A stretch of DNA of 64,000 nucleotides from Octopus sinensis (GCF_006345805.1 NC_043019.1:558001-622000), one strand, 5' to 3'. Numbered from the stretch's first letter, positions 13,038-26,924 are shown. Program-made: numbers and translations. Notes: generated by a model not told the origin, from the letters alone.

Positions 13038-16000
13038 TAAAACACGTGAGAACGAAAATGCCACAGAAATCAAAACACCTCGGACAAATCTTAAATGAGG
13101 ACATACACAAAGAACTGAATATATTAATTCACAGCTTCTTAACCTGAACAACAAAATCGAGGAATCAAACTTACTCGCCCGGGAAAGTAAAAGCAATGAA
13201 GATGCAACCACTACACTGACCAGGTGAGTAAGGATCTACAAACTGTTATATAAACACTGAACTCAATTTTCATCAACAAATCCGAAAATAATACACAGGC
13301 ACCTAATGAAACACAGCAGGACACCATACGCACCCAAACCAACCCAACAAAAAGAAAAATAGGAAACGTTTGGAATACAAACCTGCACAACAGAAAACTC
13401 ACCTTCTGGAACACATGATAAAAAATTCCAACAAAGCAGATATCTACGAGGGATGGATAAACTCAACACCAATTATCCTCCCACGCAAATTCCAGATAAA
13501 ATTAATTCCTAACGAGCCTGACGGACAGAGATCTATTAGAGAAAAGTCAGCTCTGTTCAATTTAAATCAGAAATAGAGCTTCTAAGACTCAGGGCCTCCA
13601 CAAATGAAGAAAAAATAAAAGCATAGACGAGGAGATGCACAATCTATACTAAAATATACCGAGGGACAACCCCTCGATAATACATTGGATCATTGGAAGG
13701 ATTCATGTGAGAGAGAGAGAGAAATTCCCTCCTACGCTGGGAGAAAAACATGGACTTCTTCCAAAAATATAGTGAAACCTTCAAAAATGAATTGGGTACA
13801 AATAATCCCTTCCTTAAGAAAATTACAATAAATAAAAAAGAAAAACCTAACAACCCACGAACAACCCCCAACTATCCTCCATACACTAAAAACAGAAATC
13901 ACCCACAACCAACCTTTACAAACCACGCTAGACCTAACAAGGAACTAGCTGACAGAGGACGCGTCTATGAAAGAAATTACACCAAAAACAGAACAAACCA
14001 ACAACATCCTAATACCAGACCCAACCACCATACAGCACAATACGACACTAGGATAAGAAATACACCACACACAAATCGCTACTACCCCATGAACAAAACT
14101 ACTGGTCCCCACTAAACACAAGACAAACGCAAAGAAACACTATGTCAAGCAACATCCCACATACAAGAAGTTCGAAACAAAAATATTCCCATACAAAAAT
14201 TTTACACACACCACAAGCAATAACAACCATAGATTCCCACACACACACAAACGATCGGAGGCAACAATACCACCACTCCCCGACCAAATACCACACAACC
14301 TCACAGAAAAATCATACAAACAAAATTACACCCAACATTTTTTAGCCAGGGACCAGGGACACCAGGACACAGGCTGGAACCTAGTAATAAGGAAAAACCG
14401 AAGATAATCAATTTTTCAACCAAACTCTTTCTAACATAAAAATTGACATCCTCGCAAAAGGGCTCAAATTTACACCAACTCCACGCAGAGCAAACCTAAA
14501 TGAACTCAAGGATAATATAACAGAATTTTGCAGAAAATTAAGACTAGCAGAAGCATCAAACAATTTCAATACTGAAGATGAATCACTAGTCAAGAAACAA
14601 AAGTGAACACATCCCACACAGAGGAAGAAATAAAATCTTGACGAATTCTGTAACCACATGAGAACTTCCCCTACCATATATACATAAACAGAAAGCTAAC
14701 CCAAATTTTAACACTACACATGGAAAGAACTGATAGAACTCCAAAATGATGAAGATATAAACCATTAAGGAAGCGGACAAGGGAAATGCAGTTGTAATAA
14801 TGGATACATCATACTACAGAAATCTTGTAATTTCCTTGCTTGATGAAAGACCTACATTATGAAAAAATTACAACTACACCCCACAAAAAATGATGAAAAC
14901 TCTATCTTCACTAATTAAAACCCATGAAAAGGAACTGACAACCAAAGAGATTGATTTCCTAACAAACTTTAAATGCAAAACCTAGCCTTTTCTATGGTCT
15001 GCCAAAAATTCATAAAAGTCAAATTATAAATGAAACCATTAAAAAATCACCAAAGACATACATACAACACCTAATCCGGGGGACCTAAAACTACGACCAT
15101 TGTAGCTGGCCCAACTGTGAAACAACACAGACTAAGTCTACTTATGGACATCCTCCTGAAACCCTTCCTTAAACATATCGATAGCCATATCAGAGATGAC
15201 TTAGATATGTTAAACCACCTTCCAAAAAAACCAAGGAAGAAACTATCCTGGTTTCATTTTGATGTAGTCAACTTGTATACCAGTATACCTCATAATTATG
15301 GACTGGAGGCAATACAGTTCTGGTTAGACCAATTTCCGGAAGAAATACCAAAAGGATCAGTAAGGGATTCATTACTAAATCATTGAATTCATCCTACACA
15401 ATAACCACTTCATGTTTGATAATACATTTTACCGTCAAAAATCCGGATTGCTATGGTACAAGGGCAGCACCCGTCATTGCGAATTAACAATGGGATACAT
15501 GGAAATAATCATTACCAGGAATCTCTATCAATCTTTGGAAACTCCCTCTCTCAATACATAAAAGAGAATGGAAACGATTCCTAGACGATTGTTCATTCTC
15601 TGGAATGAAAACATAGATAAACTCCTAAAATTTAAAAACCTATTGAACAGCATAAACCCAAATATACAGTTCATAATGGAATACAACCAAAAGGAGCTCC
15701 CGTTCGTGGATATACTAATTAAAAAATTAACCTTAAAATAGAAACAGACATTTTTACAAAGCCACAGACGCCAAACAATACCTTCTTTTTAATTCATGCC
15801 ACCAAGACACACTAAAACAAACATCCCCTTCAACCTTGCAAGAAGGATATGCACAATAGTGTCAGAACCAAATACCAGGAACTTTAGATTGCAAGAACTC
15901 AAAAACACCCTAATTGACAGACATACCCAGCTCAACTCATAGAGGATGGGATCAGACGTGCAACAGAAATCAACATAGAAACTTAAGAAAAGTTCAAAAC

Positions 16001-16620
16001 AACAACACACCTTCCCCGAAAATACTACCTTACATATCTACATAAACCCCAGAAACAAAGAAGCCTTCACCATCATCACCCAGAATTTACCAATACTCAT
16101 AAAAACCCAAATTAAAGGAAATTCTAAACATACACCAAATCATTAAAAGCTACAAAACAGCCTAAATCACTTAAAAAGATTCTCACAAAGGCAAAATTGT
16201 CTTCTAAAATTACGGATGCAAAGTAAAAAATGTGTGGTAGATCGAACTGTGCAACATGCCCTAACCTACTAGAAGGATCAGAATTCCTTTAAAGAGGGAC
16301 AAAAATTCAAGATCAAATCTAACTTTACTTGTGCCTCTGAAAACATAATTTATGTCATTAATGCTCGGGCTGCCACCAAGACTACGTGGGTTCCACGGGA
16401 CTATCACTCAGCGTAGATGCACACTGCATCGACAACAGATTGCATTCCCCAGAATATAGAATGATACCTTTTAGTGAGCACATTGAGAAATGCGCAAAGC
16501 AACTACTGCACAATTTTTAATCTTCCCATTTTACCAATGTGCTTTCGGATCATCAACACAAATGAGACTGAACAAGGAAACATTCTTCATTGAAAAGTAC
16601 AAACCCAGACTCAACCATCC
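13038..16620 (+). pseudogene. Frameshifted PLE RT plus GIY-YIG endonuclease ORF
   Basis: IKEADKGNAVVIMD, FYGLPKIHK, FDVVNLYTSIP, WKRFLDDC, CGRSNCATC linker, IIYVI..YVG; many 1-nt indels. Confidence 0.92.
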
Positions 16621-16777
16621 GAACATACTGACACAGAGAAATTAACAAGGAAAGGAAAAAAAAATTTTAAGCGATTATCTCCCTTACACCGGAAGAAATC
16701 ACTCACTACCTCCCCTTATTTAGAAATCTCTGAAAATAAACACAACGATACTCTATGCAATATAAACATAACGTCAC

Positions 16778-16817
16778 AAGAAATTTGAAAAGCTACACGC
16801 GAAACCGGTAATTTCTT
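16778..16817 (+). ncRNA. Minimal type-I hammerhead with compensatory U3-A8 core
   Basis: AAGAAAT-TTGAAAA-GC(TACAC)GC-GAAA-CCGG-TA-ATTTCTT: 7-bp stem I, palindromic ACCGGT, GUA site, sense to the ORF. Confidence 0.78.
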
Positions 16818-17015
16818 TAAAAATTTTAAAATTATGTCATTTTAAGGAAAGGAAAAATTTTTCCAATATTCTCCAGACATTTTGACACAAATATATATAT
16901 TTTTAACATTTAAGCCTTCTGTCGTTTTTTCACTCTTTACTATTTTCTTATATATTCACCACGTGCTTTACCAAACAAACTTTCTTATCTATACATATAT
17001 ATATATATTATATAT

Positions 17016-17046
<31 letters not shown>

Positions 17047-17152
17047 CCATATATATACATACATACATATATAATTTCTGTGTGGATGCATCTGTATGAT
17101 ATATAAACAGAAAAAAAAATGTGTATCTATGTGTGCTTTTGTATACCTATAC

Positions 17153-17190
<38 letters not shown>

Positions 17191-17946
17191 CATATACATA
17201 CATACATACATACATACATACATACATACATACATACATTCATACATACATACATGACCGCACACATATATATGCACAGAGAGAGAAAGGGAGTGTGAGA
17301 GAATGCGTGACGATCTAAAAGTGGTGAACGTATAAAAAGTGACTAACTTACAAAATACCTGCACAACTCCGTTTATAGCATAATTTCCTACTTTACAATT
17401 TACAAGTAGAATCCCTGATAGCTTACCAATAACTGCTGGAAGTTCAGTTTTAATTTAGAATGTTTGTCACACACCAGGTTTTTTAATGGATGTATAATTG
17501 TTTTAATAGAATGAAGAAATGCTTTTATATCTGTATGATTGCTTGTAAATATTCCATATCAACACGGTAGATTTTAAACGAAAAACTGAAGTTATATAAA
17601 TGAAATTTGTTTACTTAAACTAAGAGAAATTTTGTAAAAAGATACTTTAGTTTCCTGCAGAACGGAGACCCCCAGGCCTTCAGTCTACTTTAGGACATTT
17701 TAAATAGAATTTCCATATCGGTTTTCATATTCTAGAAAAACATCTATTTGAAACATTTTAAAACACGGTGCATATATTATCTCAGGAATAAAACTTTGAA
17801 TTCTACACATTTCACGACCGATACATAACTTTAAATTGATGTTTCACTCTGGTGTATAGATGTACAAACATACTTCTGTTACTTACGTAGCTACAAATTG
17901 TATCATTCATTATCTGTCTGTGTGTTTATACCTATCTCCTTTCTCA

Positions 17947-18327
17947 GTGGAGGCGCAATGGTTCAGTGATTAGGGCAGCGGGCGCGCCGTCGTAAGATCG
18001 CGGTTTCGATTCCTAGATCGGTCGTTGTGAGTGTTTATTGAGCGAAAACACCTAAAGCTCCACGAGGATCCTGCAGGGGACGGAGGTAAACCCTGCTGTG
18101 CTCTTTCACCGCCACTTTCTCTCATTCTTTTTTCCTGTTTCTCTTGTACCTGTAATTCGAAGGGCCAGCCTTGGCAAACTCTGTGTCACGCTGAATCCTC
18201 ATGCAAACTACGTTAATGGTACACGTATCAGTGGAGTGCTCAGCTGGTTGCACGTTAATTTCATGATCAGGCTGTTCCATTGATCGGATCAACCAGAACC
18301 CTCGTCGTCGTAACCGACGGAGTGCTA
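17947..18327 (+). mobile_element. SINE family B, full length
   Basis: Head through tail CGTAACCGACGGAGTGCT. Confidence 0.92.
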
Positions 18328-18339
18328 CGATCACCTGTC

Positions 18340-18637
<298 letters not shown>

Positions 18638-18950
18638 TAGCGAAGTTCTTTATGATACTTTTTTCTCCGCTGTAACTCTGTCATTCCCTTATCACTCACG
18701 GCTCACTGAACGGAAACTATTATTCACTAACTGCGTGTAAAAATAAACACAATTTATTAACATAACATTATTCTATTCTCCTATTGCATCATATATCTGA
18801 CCAAAATCTATCTCTTATCTATGTAACTAATTAATTATTTTCCACTGTGTATCTTTTGCTAATCTTTCAATGCTGCTCTGTAACTCTGTCACAGCATTTG
18901 CTTCCATGTGCCAAAACAACATTATGTCTTTCTTAATTCCTTATCAGCGT

Positions 18951-19607
18951 AGGCGTAGGAGTGGCTGTGTGGTAAGTAGCTTGCTTACGAACCACGTGGT
19001 TCCGGGTTCAGTCCCACTACGTGGCACCTTGGGAAAGTGTCTTCTGCTATAGCCTCGGACTGACCAAAGCCTTGTGAGTGGATTTTGTAGACGGAAACTG
19101 AAAGAAGCCCGTCGTATATATGTATATATATATATATTAAGGTAAGTAGAAAAATACAACATGGACAAGAACGTATAACTCTTAGAAGACGATACAATAA
19201 ACATGGACAGGACATTCGAACCCCTCAGTCTTCAGTCAAGAACCGGATCATCGTAGTAATTTCGGCTGATTAATCTTGAGATTACTAGATCACGGCCAGC
19301 CCTCCAAGAAAAACTAAGCTGGAAGCGTAGATTTCCTGGAAGAAGGATCGAATGCATACGAACACCAGGACAGCAAAAGGGACAGATATAAAAAAACAAA
19401 AAACAGTGTGTGTGTATGTGTGTGTGTTTGTCCCCCCAACATTGCTTGACAACCGATGCTGGTGTGTTTACGTCGCCGTAACTTAGCGGTTCGGCAAAAT
19501 AGACCGATAGAATAAGAATAAGTCCCAGGGTCGAGTTGCTCGACTAAAGGCGGTGCTCCAGCATAGCCACAGTCAAATGTTTGAAACAAGTAAAAGAGTA
19601 AAAGAGT
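18951..19607 (+). mobile_element. SINE family A interrupted in its TA tract
   Basis: Head half 18951-19137 and tail half 19406-19607. Confidence 0.9.
19138..19405 (-). mobile_element. TA-targeting element family P3
   Basis: Reverse complement aligns with 57120-57370 and 60636-60735. Confidence 0.75.
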
Positions 19608-19619
19608 ATCAGATAACAC

Positions 19620-20870
19620 GTCTTCCAAGGCGCTCATTCTGTTATGAACTACATATTTTATTCCTACACTTATCCCTTTTGGTGTCATAATTTGCTGTTC
19701 AGACATGTTCTCTGGTACATCTGACGAACATTCAGGATATCTTGATATTAAATGTTCATCTTCCCTGTATTAGCTATCATCAATCATTAATTTTCCAATC
19801 AGAGTATATCTCACAAAACTTAAAAAGGATTCCATTCAGCAACACTGGCTGTCATTTCACAAGCCGGATACATTTGCGTTCTATAAGCTTCTCCATCAAG
19901 AAACCGAAAGCCTTAAAACTCTCTGACATTAATTTGACATTTGTATTATAATTTCTGTCACGAATTGTTGTTTTCTGTGGTATTCGCTCTCAACTAACCT
20001 CTGAAGTTGTTGTCACTGATGTCCGTGATGTTCCTGCTTCTTATGTTCTTTTCATTGTAATTGTTGTCATTGTTTTTGCTGCTGCTTAACCCTATCATCA
20101 TCATCATTGTTCGACCGTGGTCGAGATTTTCATAGTCTTTTCAAATGGCTAATAATGTGTGCGCGCGCCGCTACTACACACATTGGAAAGCATTGTACAG
20201 CCAAGCACTAAAGAAGGTCTTTCCTCCTCCATGAAACAAAGCTGTTCCCGCTGGACGTCAACCCAGTATTTCTAAGCTACGGACCGAGTGATTTATTGAA
20301 AGGTTATCTCCCTAGATAGATTGCCTTCACTACGGCTAAGGAGCCCTTTCTACCCACGCAACAAAACACAACCGCACACACATACACGCAACAAATCATC
20401 ATCATCATCATTGTTCGACCGTGGTCGAGACTTTCATAGTCATTTCAAATGGCTAATAATGTGTGCGCGCGCCGCTACTACACACATTGGAAAGCATTGT
20501 ACAACCAAGCACTAAAGAAGATCTTTCCTCCTCCATGAAACAAAGCTGTTCCCGCTGGACGTCAACCCAGTATTTCTAAGCTACGGACCGAGTGATTTAT
20601 TGTAAGGTTATCTCCCTAGATAGATTGCCTTCACTACGGCTAAGGAGCCCTTTCTACCCTAAGTCTTTCCTGATCGGGTAGATGTATAATAAACAGTACA
20701 ACAACCCTATTTCGAATTTGTTAGGCTTATCTATCATCGAATCTGCGGTTTTCTGTAAGAAGTTAGACATCTTTAGAATGAATTTTGTAGATGACTGCCT
20801 CAACGCTTATTATCATGTCATTAATTTACTGCGCTCACAAGACACAGAATTACAGATTTTCTTTTTCCTA
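19620..20870 (-). pseudogene. Exon-like island interrupted by an RTE-derived dimer
   Basis: TTTTTTAG acceptor at about 20868; removing the insert at ACCCTA gives ..HLPDQERLRVKQQQKQ*QQLQ*KEHKKQEHH.. Confidence 0.4.
20094..20659 (-). mobile_element. Dimer of a ~260 bp non-autonomous RTE-dependent element
   Basis: Two near-identical units about 302 bp apart; (GAT)n tail and TCGACC-AC-GGTCGA hairpin shared with the RTE at 26497; 6-bp TSD ACCCTA. Confidence 0.85.
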
Positions 20871-21565
20871 AAAAATAAATAAATATATGAAATAAAATTA
20901 GAAGTGGAGTCTTTGATATTTCATCTTTCGTGGACGCCCCTAATACAAACAATTTCAATATTTCTTCTGAAAATAAATAATTTCTAAACTGTTAATGACG
21001 ACAAGCAATTAAATTGAATTCGCCCATGTTATGCTATGATTCGTACAGTAATTACATAGGTATGTACTGTAGAGTTATTACAAACAAAACGATGTGTTTT
21101 TTTTTTATTAGACCCTTCATTCATTACTCTCAGAGAATAAATGGAATTCTGATAAATGTTTTTGCCATAGAGACAAACCAGTTTTCGGTACATGAAGAAG
21201 TCCAAAATAGCTTTACTTGTCGCTCATGTAGCTAAAGAATTCATCATGTCAATAACTGTTATAATACCATTATGGTTCCTGTGAAATATTTACTCAATGT
21301 ATGCTTAACATGTGTCATTACTCTTCATTTTCTGAAAAATAAAATGTCTAGAAGGGCTATCTCATTCAAAAGCTATTAGTGTGGTTCACCCCAAAACTGA
21401 AGAATCTGAAATAAAAAAAGAAAGGATGTTACGCAGAATAATGAAAGCATAGCAATGGTGTTGATATAGTGTGAAAATCAGCAGGGAAAAGTTTTATCTA
21501 AATCGATTCTCAGAAAACCGATAAATCTTAAATTTCACTCCTATGCTACCTTCTTCTTCTTCTGA

Positions 21566-21888
21566 AGCATCATAGCCATGTGTTGAGAAGGATTCTTTGG
21601 GGTTTGAATAATCACCTCTGGAACATGGGTGTTTCGTTCAACGTCCTTAATAAACCTTATCAGGACCTTTTGAGTGGGATGGGTTACTCGATCTGAAGAA
21701 AATTCTACTGGGCCTCTGCAATGCAGGTCATGTGCTGTTTATCTTGATATAGATCACCATGTCGCGCACATATGGTTGTGATGCTGTGCCTGGTGTACCC
21801 TTATCAGACGGGTAGTCATAATGGGTATACTGGGCTCGTATATTTTACCCCAGTGTCCGCTTTGATGGCATGCTCTGCTCGCTCACTC

Positions 21889-21918
<30 letters not shown>
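21566..21918 (+). mobile_element. 5'-truncated (AAT)n-tailed retroelement, family D
   Basis: Aligns with 37180-37505; (AAT)n tail. Confidence 0.8.
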
Positions 21919-21919
<1 letters not shown>

Positions 21920-21920
21920 T

Positions 21921-22325
21921 ATGTGGTAAGTAGCTTGCTAACCAGCCACATGGTTCCGGGTTCAGTCCCACTGCGTAGCATCTTGGGCAAGTGTCTTCTG
22001 CTATACCCCGGGCCGACCAATGCCTTGTGAGTGGATTTGGTAGACGGAAACTGAAAGAAGCCTGTCGTATATATGTATATAATTATATAAGTGGTGTGTG
22101 TTATGTTTGTGTATCTGTGGTTGTCCCCCTAGCACTGCTTGACAACCGATGCTGGTGTGTTTACGTCCCCGTTACTTAGCGGTTCGGCAAAAGAGACCGA
22201 TAGAATAAGTACTGGGCTTACAAAAGAATAAGTCCTGGGGTCGAGTTGCTCGATTAAAGGCGGTGCTCCAGCATGGCCGCAGTCAAATGACTGAAACAAG
22301 TAAAAGAGTAAAGAGTAAAGAGTAT
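21921..22325 (+). mobile_element. SINE family A
   Basis: Head to tail match. Confidence 0.9.
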
Positions 22326-22417
22326 ATATTATTAAAGCTAGTAGCATAGTAGTGAAATTCATATATATATATATATACATACATACATACATACATACAT
22401 ACATACATACATGCATA

Positions 22418-22448
<31 letters not shown>

Positions 22449-22559
22449 TATATAGGGAATAAAGTGTTGCCTATATTACGCAAAAATGAAAATAATTCTG
22501 ACATCTCATTGTAACAGGTATATTTACCAAAATTATATAAAAAATACCTTGAAATACTA

Positions 22560-23075
22560 AGAAGTAAATTCATTCAATAAAACCGCCATTGTTTCCAACC
22601 TCGTCCTCCAAACGACATCGGAACCTCTTGCAACTCTTCTCGGCAGTCTACTTCTTTAAGTTCGTGAATGCAGCCATATTCCTTGCCTTCATTTCATCTT
22701 TGATGTTAAAGAGTTCTCGCCCAACTACCACCCACGCATAATGATCAAGTGGATTGTCGTACAGGGAGTCAGGTAGCCAGATATTCGGAATGATGTGGTC
22801 TCAGAAATTGTCTGACAGCTGTGACTGGGTTCTCCTGCTTGTGTGGCATGGTGCAGAGTTCTGTTGCCAGACGTAGGTATCTTCCAGCAGCCACCCTCTT
22901 TTCTTAGGCTGTGTGGGAAGATCAATGGAGGCATTACGTCGCCATCACTAGTGATCGTTCCAAACATCATGATATTGACTAAAAGCGTTTGATACTTATC
23001 ATTCTTGGTACATGTCTTCAGATTACGCTCTCCTCAGATTGACACCCAAACACTCTGAAATGTTCGTATGAAATC
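22560..23075 (-). mobile_element. Tc1/mariner (maT/DD37D-like) transposase remnant
   Basis: FGTITSDGDVMPP; QQDSAPCH..W.P.S...NPLD.Y.W in shifted frames. Confidence 0.8.
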
Positions 23076-23473
23076 TTCCGGCAACAATACACCAAACAAT
23101 ACACCATGTGATTTCCTAATTTCTGGCTGGGTGAATTGCGTCCTCATGCTGTCTTTCTAACAGACCGTACCCAACTGACCCTACCATACTTTGTAGCCAG
23201 AAAATCAAAAGCAATTTAGCCATCGCACCCTGTATATGCACATATGTATCTATATTTTCTCTTATATTCACATATGAAAACTATTTATTTTTTCTCATGG
23301 TCATTCATTTGAATATATATATTATGTGAATATATGTATTTAAAGGAAGGGTAATCTCATAATTGAATATTCGAAGGCCATAACCTTGATTGGAAATTAT
23401 AAGAATTAATTATAAGAATGTAAACGAAGGGAGAATTATAAAGTAGTCTCCGAAGGGGCAATTTCGCAATTAC

Positions 23474-23526
23474 CTTCTCAGAGGAGACATAAAATGTTCC
23501 TTCCTCAACCAATACAATCGCATATC
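23474..23526 (-). pseudogene. Small exon-like segment
   Basis: TTAACCACAG|GA TAT..AAG|GTAATT; 53 nt, reads GYAIVLVEEGTFYVSSEK. Confidence 0.4.
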
Positions 23527-23836
23527 CTGTGGTTAAATAATTCAACCAACATTTAAGGTATTACCTTACGGCTAAGCTAAATTAATTTGACAATTTTATG
23601 CTTTACACGACACGGAATTAATCAAACACAGTAGGATGCATTAATTAGACTTGAAGGCTAAACAGCAACAACAACACAAACAGCAGCAACACGAAATACA
23701 TGAAACTTTAGGGGACATTGGATTATATTTGTGAATAAATGAATCTTCCTAAATTAAACGTAATACAGGATGCAAATTCAATCAAAGGGACTAAAATAAA
23801 TGTAGTAATTAGAAAGCTTAAACTTTTATTAATCTA

Positions 23837-23915
23837 GAGCAGTAGTTCCCAACCTGGGTTTCGCGGACCCCTAGTGGTCCAAAAAGGTAGTCCCGGCAGC
23901 GCGTGAACGAATTCA
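23837..23915 (+). mobile_element. hAT-like MITE end
   Basis: CAGTAGTTCCCAACCTGGG..GACCCC terminal motif; no partner end found. Confidence 0.4.
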
Positions 23916-23924
23916 AAATTTCCT

Positions 23925-23961
23925 ATATATAAATATGTATATATATATATATATGTATATA

Positions 23962-24003
<42 letters not shown>

Positions 24004-24005
24004 TA

Positions 24006-24044
<39 letters not shown>

Positions 24045-24125
24045 GTATATATATATATATATATATGTTATATATATATATATAATATATATATATAATG
24101 TGTGTATATAATATATATATATGTG

Positions 24126-24160
<35 letters not shown>

Positions 24161-24216
24161 ATATATATAAGTGTGTATTATATATATATTGTATATATAT
24201 ATATATATATATATAA

Positions 24217-24255
<39 letters not shown>

Positions 24256-24390
24256 TATATATATATTGTATATATATATATATATATTGTATATATATAT
24301 ATATATATATATATAATGTATATATATATATTATATATATATGTATATAGATAATATCTATATATATATATGTGTATATATATATATATA

Positions 24391-24431
<41 letters not shown>

Positions 24432-24696
24432 ATATATATATATAATATATATAATATATATGTGTATATATATATATATATTATAATATAAATATATGTG
24501 TGTGTATATATATAGTATATATATTATATAAATAATATGTATATATAATATATGTGTATATATATATATATATATAAATATATATGTGTGTATATATATA
24601 TGTATATATATATATATAATATATATGTGTGTATTATATATGTTATATATATATATATATATATATATAATAAATATATGTGTGTATATATATATG

Positions 24697-24750
<54 letters not shown>
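23925..24750. repeat. Long interrupted (TA)n tract
   Basis: Direct reading. Confidence 0.98.
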
Positions 24751-24753
<3 letters not shown>

Positions 24754-24789
24754 GCACGTGTCGTCAGTGATTACTCAGAGGAGGTAGTT

Positions 24790-24976
24790 GGCGCAATTTA
24801 TGTAGTAAAACACGCACAAAAAATCGATACACATGCGTTGGAGGCAGATTTCTTCTGCTGGAGCCGCGTGCAGCTTAGGTATTTCTCTCATAAACACACG
24901 CATTGCCCGGTCTGAGATTCGAACCCGCGATCTATCGACCGCGAGATCGCTGGTGTAACCACTAGGCCATATGCCT
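24790..24976 (-). mobile_element. tRNA-derived SINE, family B-like
   Basis: Reverse-complement head with GGGTTCGAATCTC B-box. Confidence 0.75.
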
Positions 24977-25031
24977 CCTATCTATCTATCTATCTATCTA
25001 TGTATCTATCTATTATATATATACATATATT

Positions 25032-25077
<46 letters not shown>

Positions 25078-25104
25078 TATATATATATAGATAGATAGAT
25101 AGAT

Positions 25105-25412
25105 AGTGGTTAGGGCAGCGGATTCGCGGTCGGAGGATCGCGGTTTCGATTCCCAGACCGGGCGTTGTGTGTTTATTGAACGAAAACACCTAAAAGCTCC
25201 ACGATGCTCCGGCAGAGGGGTTGGTGGCGACCCCTGTTCTACTCTTTCGCCACAACTTTCTTTCTCTCTCTCTCTCTCCTCTCTCTCTCTCTTCCTGTTT
25301 CTTGAGTAACGCTGCGATGGACTGGCGTCCCGTCCAGCTGGGGAGGGGGGAACACATACGCCACAGAAACCGAAAAACCGGGCCCAAGAGCCTGGCTAGG
25401 CTTGAAAAGGGC
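25105..25412 (+). mobile_element. SINE family B variant
   Basis: Same body as 4223-4450. Confidence 0.88.
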
Positions 25413-26056
25413 GAAAAAAAGGGCGAACTTATAGTATCCATCGAATGATTCGATCACATTCCGTTGTAAGTAGAAGAATAGTTACACACGGTTATATGAC
25501 AAGGATCGACAATTTCTCTCTCTGCAAAACACCACTTACATATCGTTATCAAATAAGGTGTGAATATAATGGCTCTTGCCGTATCTTCTGCGCTGTGGAT
25601 TCGAACTCAGAATCCAGTAGTTGTGACATGATGTTTGAATGAATTAAACCAACGGCTATAGTTAACTTAACGGAATCTCTTTTATCTTCATTCACATTCA
25701 TGAAAGCATATCGCTCCAATAACCCGAGTTAGCTTATATGACATACTGTCATTATCTCTTTTCTTCTATTGTATTTCTCATTCCATATGCAATATTGACA
25801 ACTCCAATCTTATTTTCAGCTGTGTTCCCTGCTCTAATCGGGAATTTTATGTGCCATTAATAAGCAATCGTATTATATTTCTTCATGTTTAAATGTAATA
25901 TTCCTTTTTGACATATCATTATTGTACATGTACTTGTGAGATTACAGCATCTCTAAGTCTTTTACCCTTTTCATTGACGTGCTATAGGTTTCGTTTATTT
26001 CAAGGTGACCCTCGTATACTTTAAACAAATCTAATTTTATAGTTGATAAAGTAACA

Positions 26057-26291
26057 ACCTATTTCTTTATTACCCACAAGAGGCTAAACACAGAGGGGAC
26101 AAACAAGGACAGACATAGGTATTAAGTCGATTACATCGACCCCAGGGCGTAACTGGTACTTAATTTATCGACCCCGAAGGGATGAAAGACAAAGTCGACC
26201 TCGGCGGAATTTGAACTCACAACGTAACGCAGACGAAATACCGCCAAACATTCCGCCCGGCGTGCTAACGTTTCTGCCAGTTCGCCGCCTT
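26057..26291 (-). mobile_element. SINE family C
   Basis: Full reverse-complement match. Confidence 0.92.
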
Positions 26292-26496
26292 ATAAAGTAA
26301 CTACCAGTTATGTTTTTGAACGGATCAAATCACTGATAGCATTGCGGCAAAATATGATACCTTATCAAGTGTTTATTATGCTCCTTTCAGTGGTCTTAAT
26401 TTAAGTTATATTTTTATTCTGTGCAAGACCAATGGCCATTCAGTATAGCTTTCGAACATACCATGATTTGTTTTGCCTTTGAATTATCTATTGCAT

Positions 26497-26893
26497 CCAT
26501 CATCATCATTGTTCGACCGTGGTCGAGACAATGGAATTTACTATGTTACGCTAGAGATCACGGTCCATGATAGCATTACGGAGGTCCTGTTGCTGGATGC
26601 CTGTATCCCTGGAGAATACATCAGGGTAAGAGAATGTGTGCCCTCTGGTATCGCGAGCAGATGGCTTCCATAGGAGAAGAGTAGAGATTACCTCGTTTTC
26701 AGCTCTACAACAATGTCCAGCAAACTGGACTCTTCTACCTTTCACAAGAGATGATACAGGTGGTAATTTCCCATATATTTGTACTTTGGTTGGATGACGC
26801 TTCCACGAGAGATTTTGAGCTCTCATAAGGAGGCGACGGTAAGTTCCATCCAACCGCCTCTCAAGCTTCTTTGATAAAGTCCAGGTTTCAGAA

Positions 26894-26924
<31 letters not shown>

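Larger units (their letters stand above)
12903..16990 (+). mobile_element. Penelope-like retroelement (Neptune-type): partial pLTR, ORF, pLTR
   Basis: 12903-13016 repeats 16863-16976; RT and GIY-YIG motifs between; ends in (TA)n. Confidence 0.93.

Noticed and set aside
20600-20660. HDV-like ribozyme at the 5' end of the RTE-derived unit
   Set aside because: A P1-like helix exists, but no P1.1, L3 or J4/2 pseudoknot could be fitted
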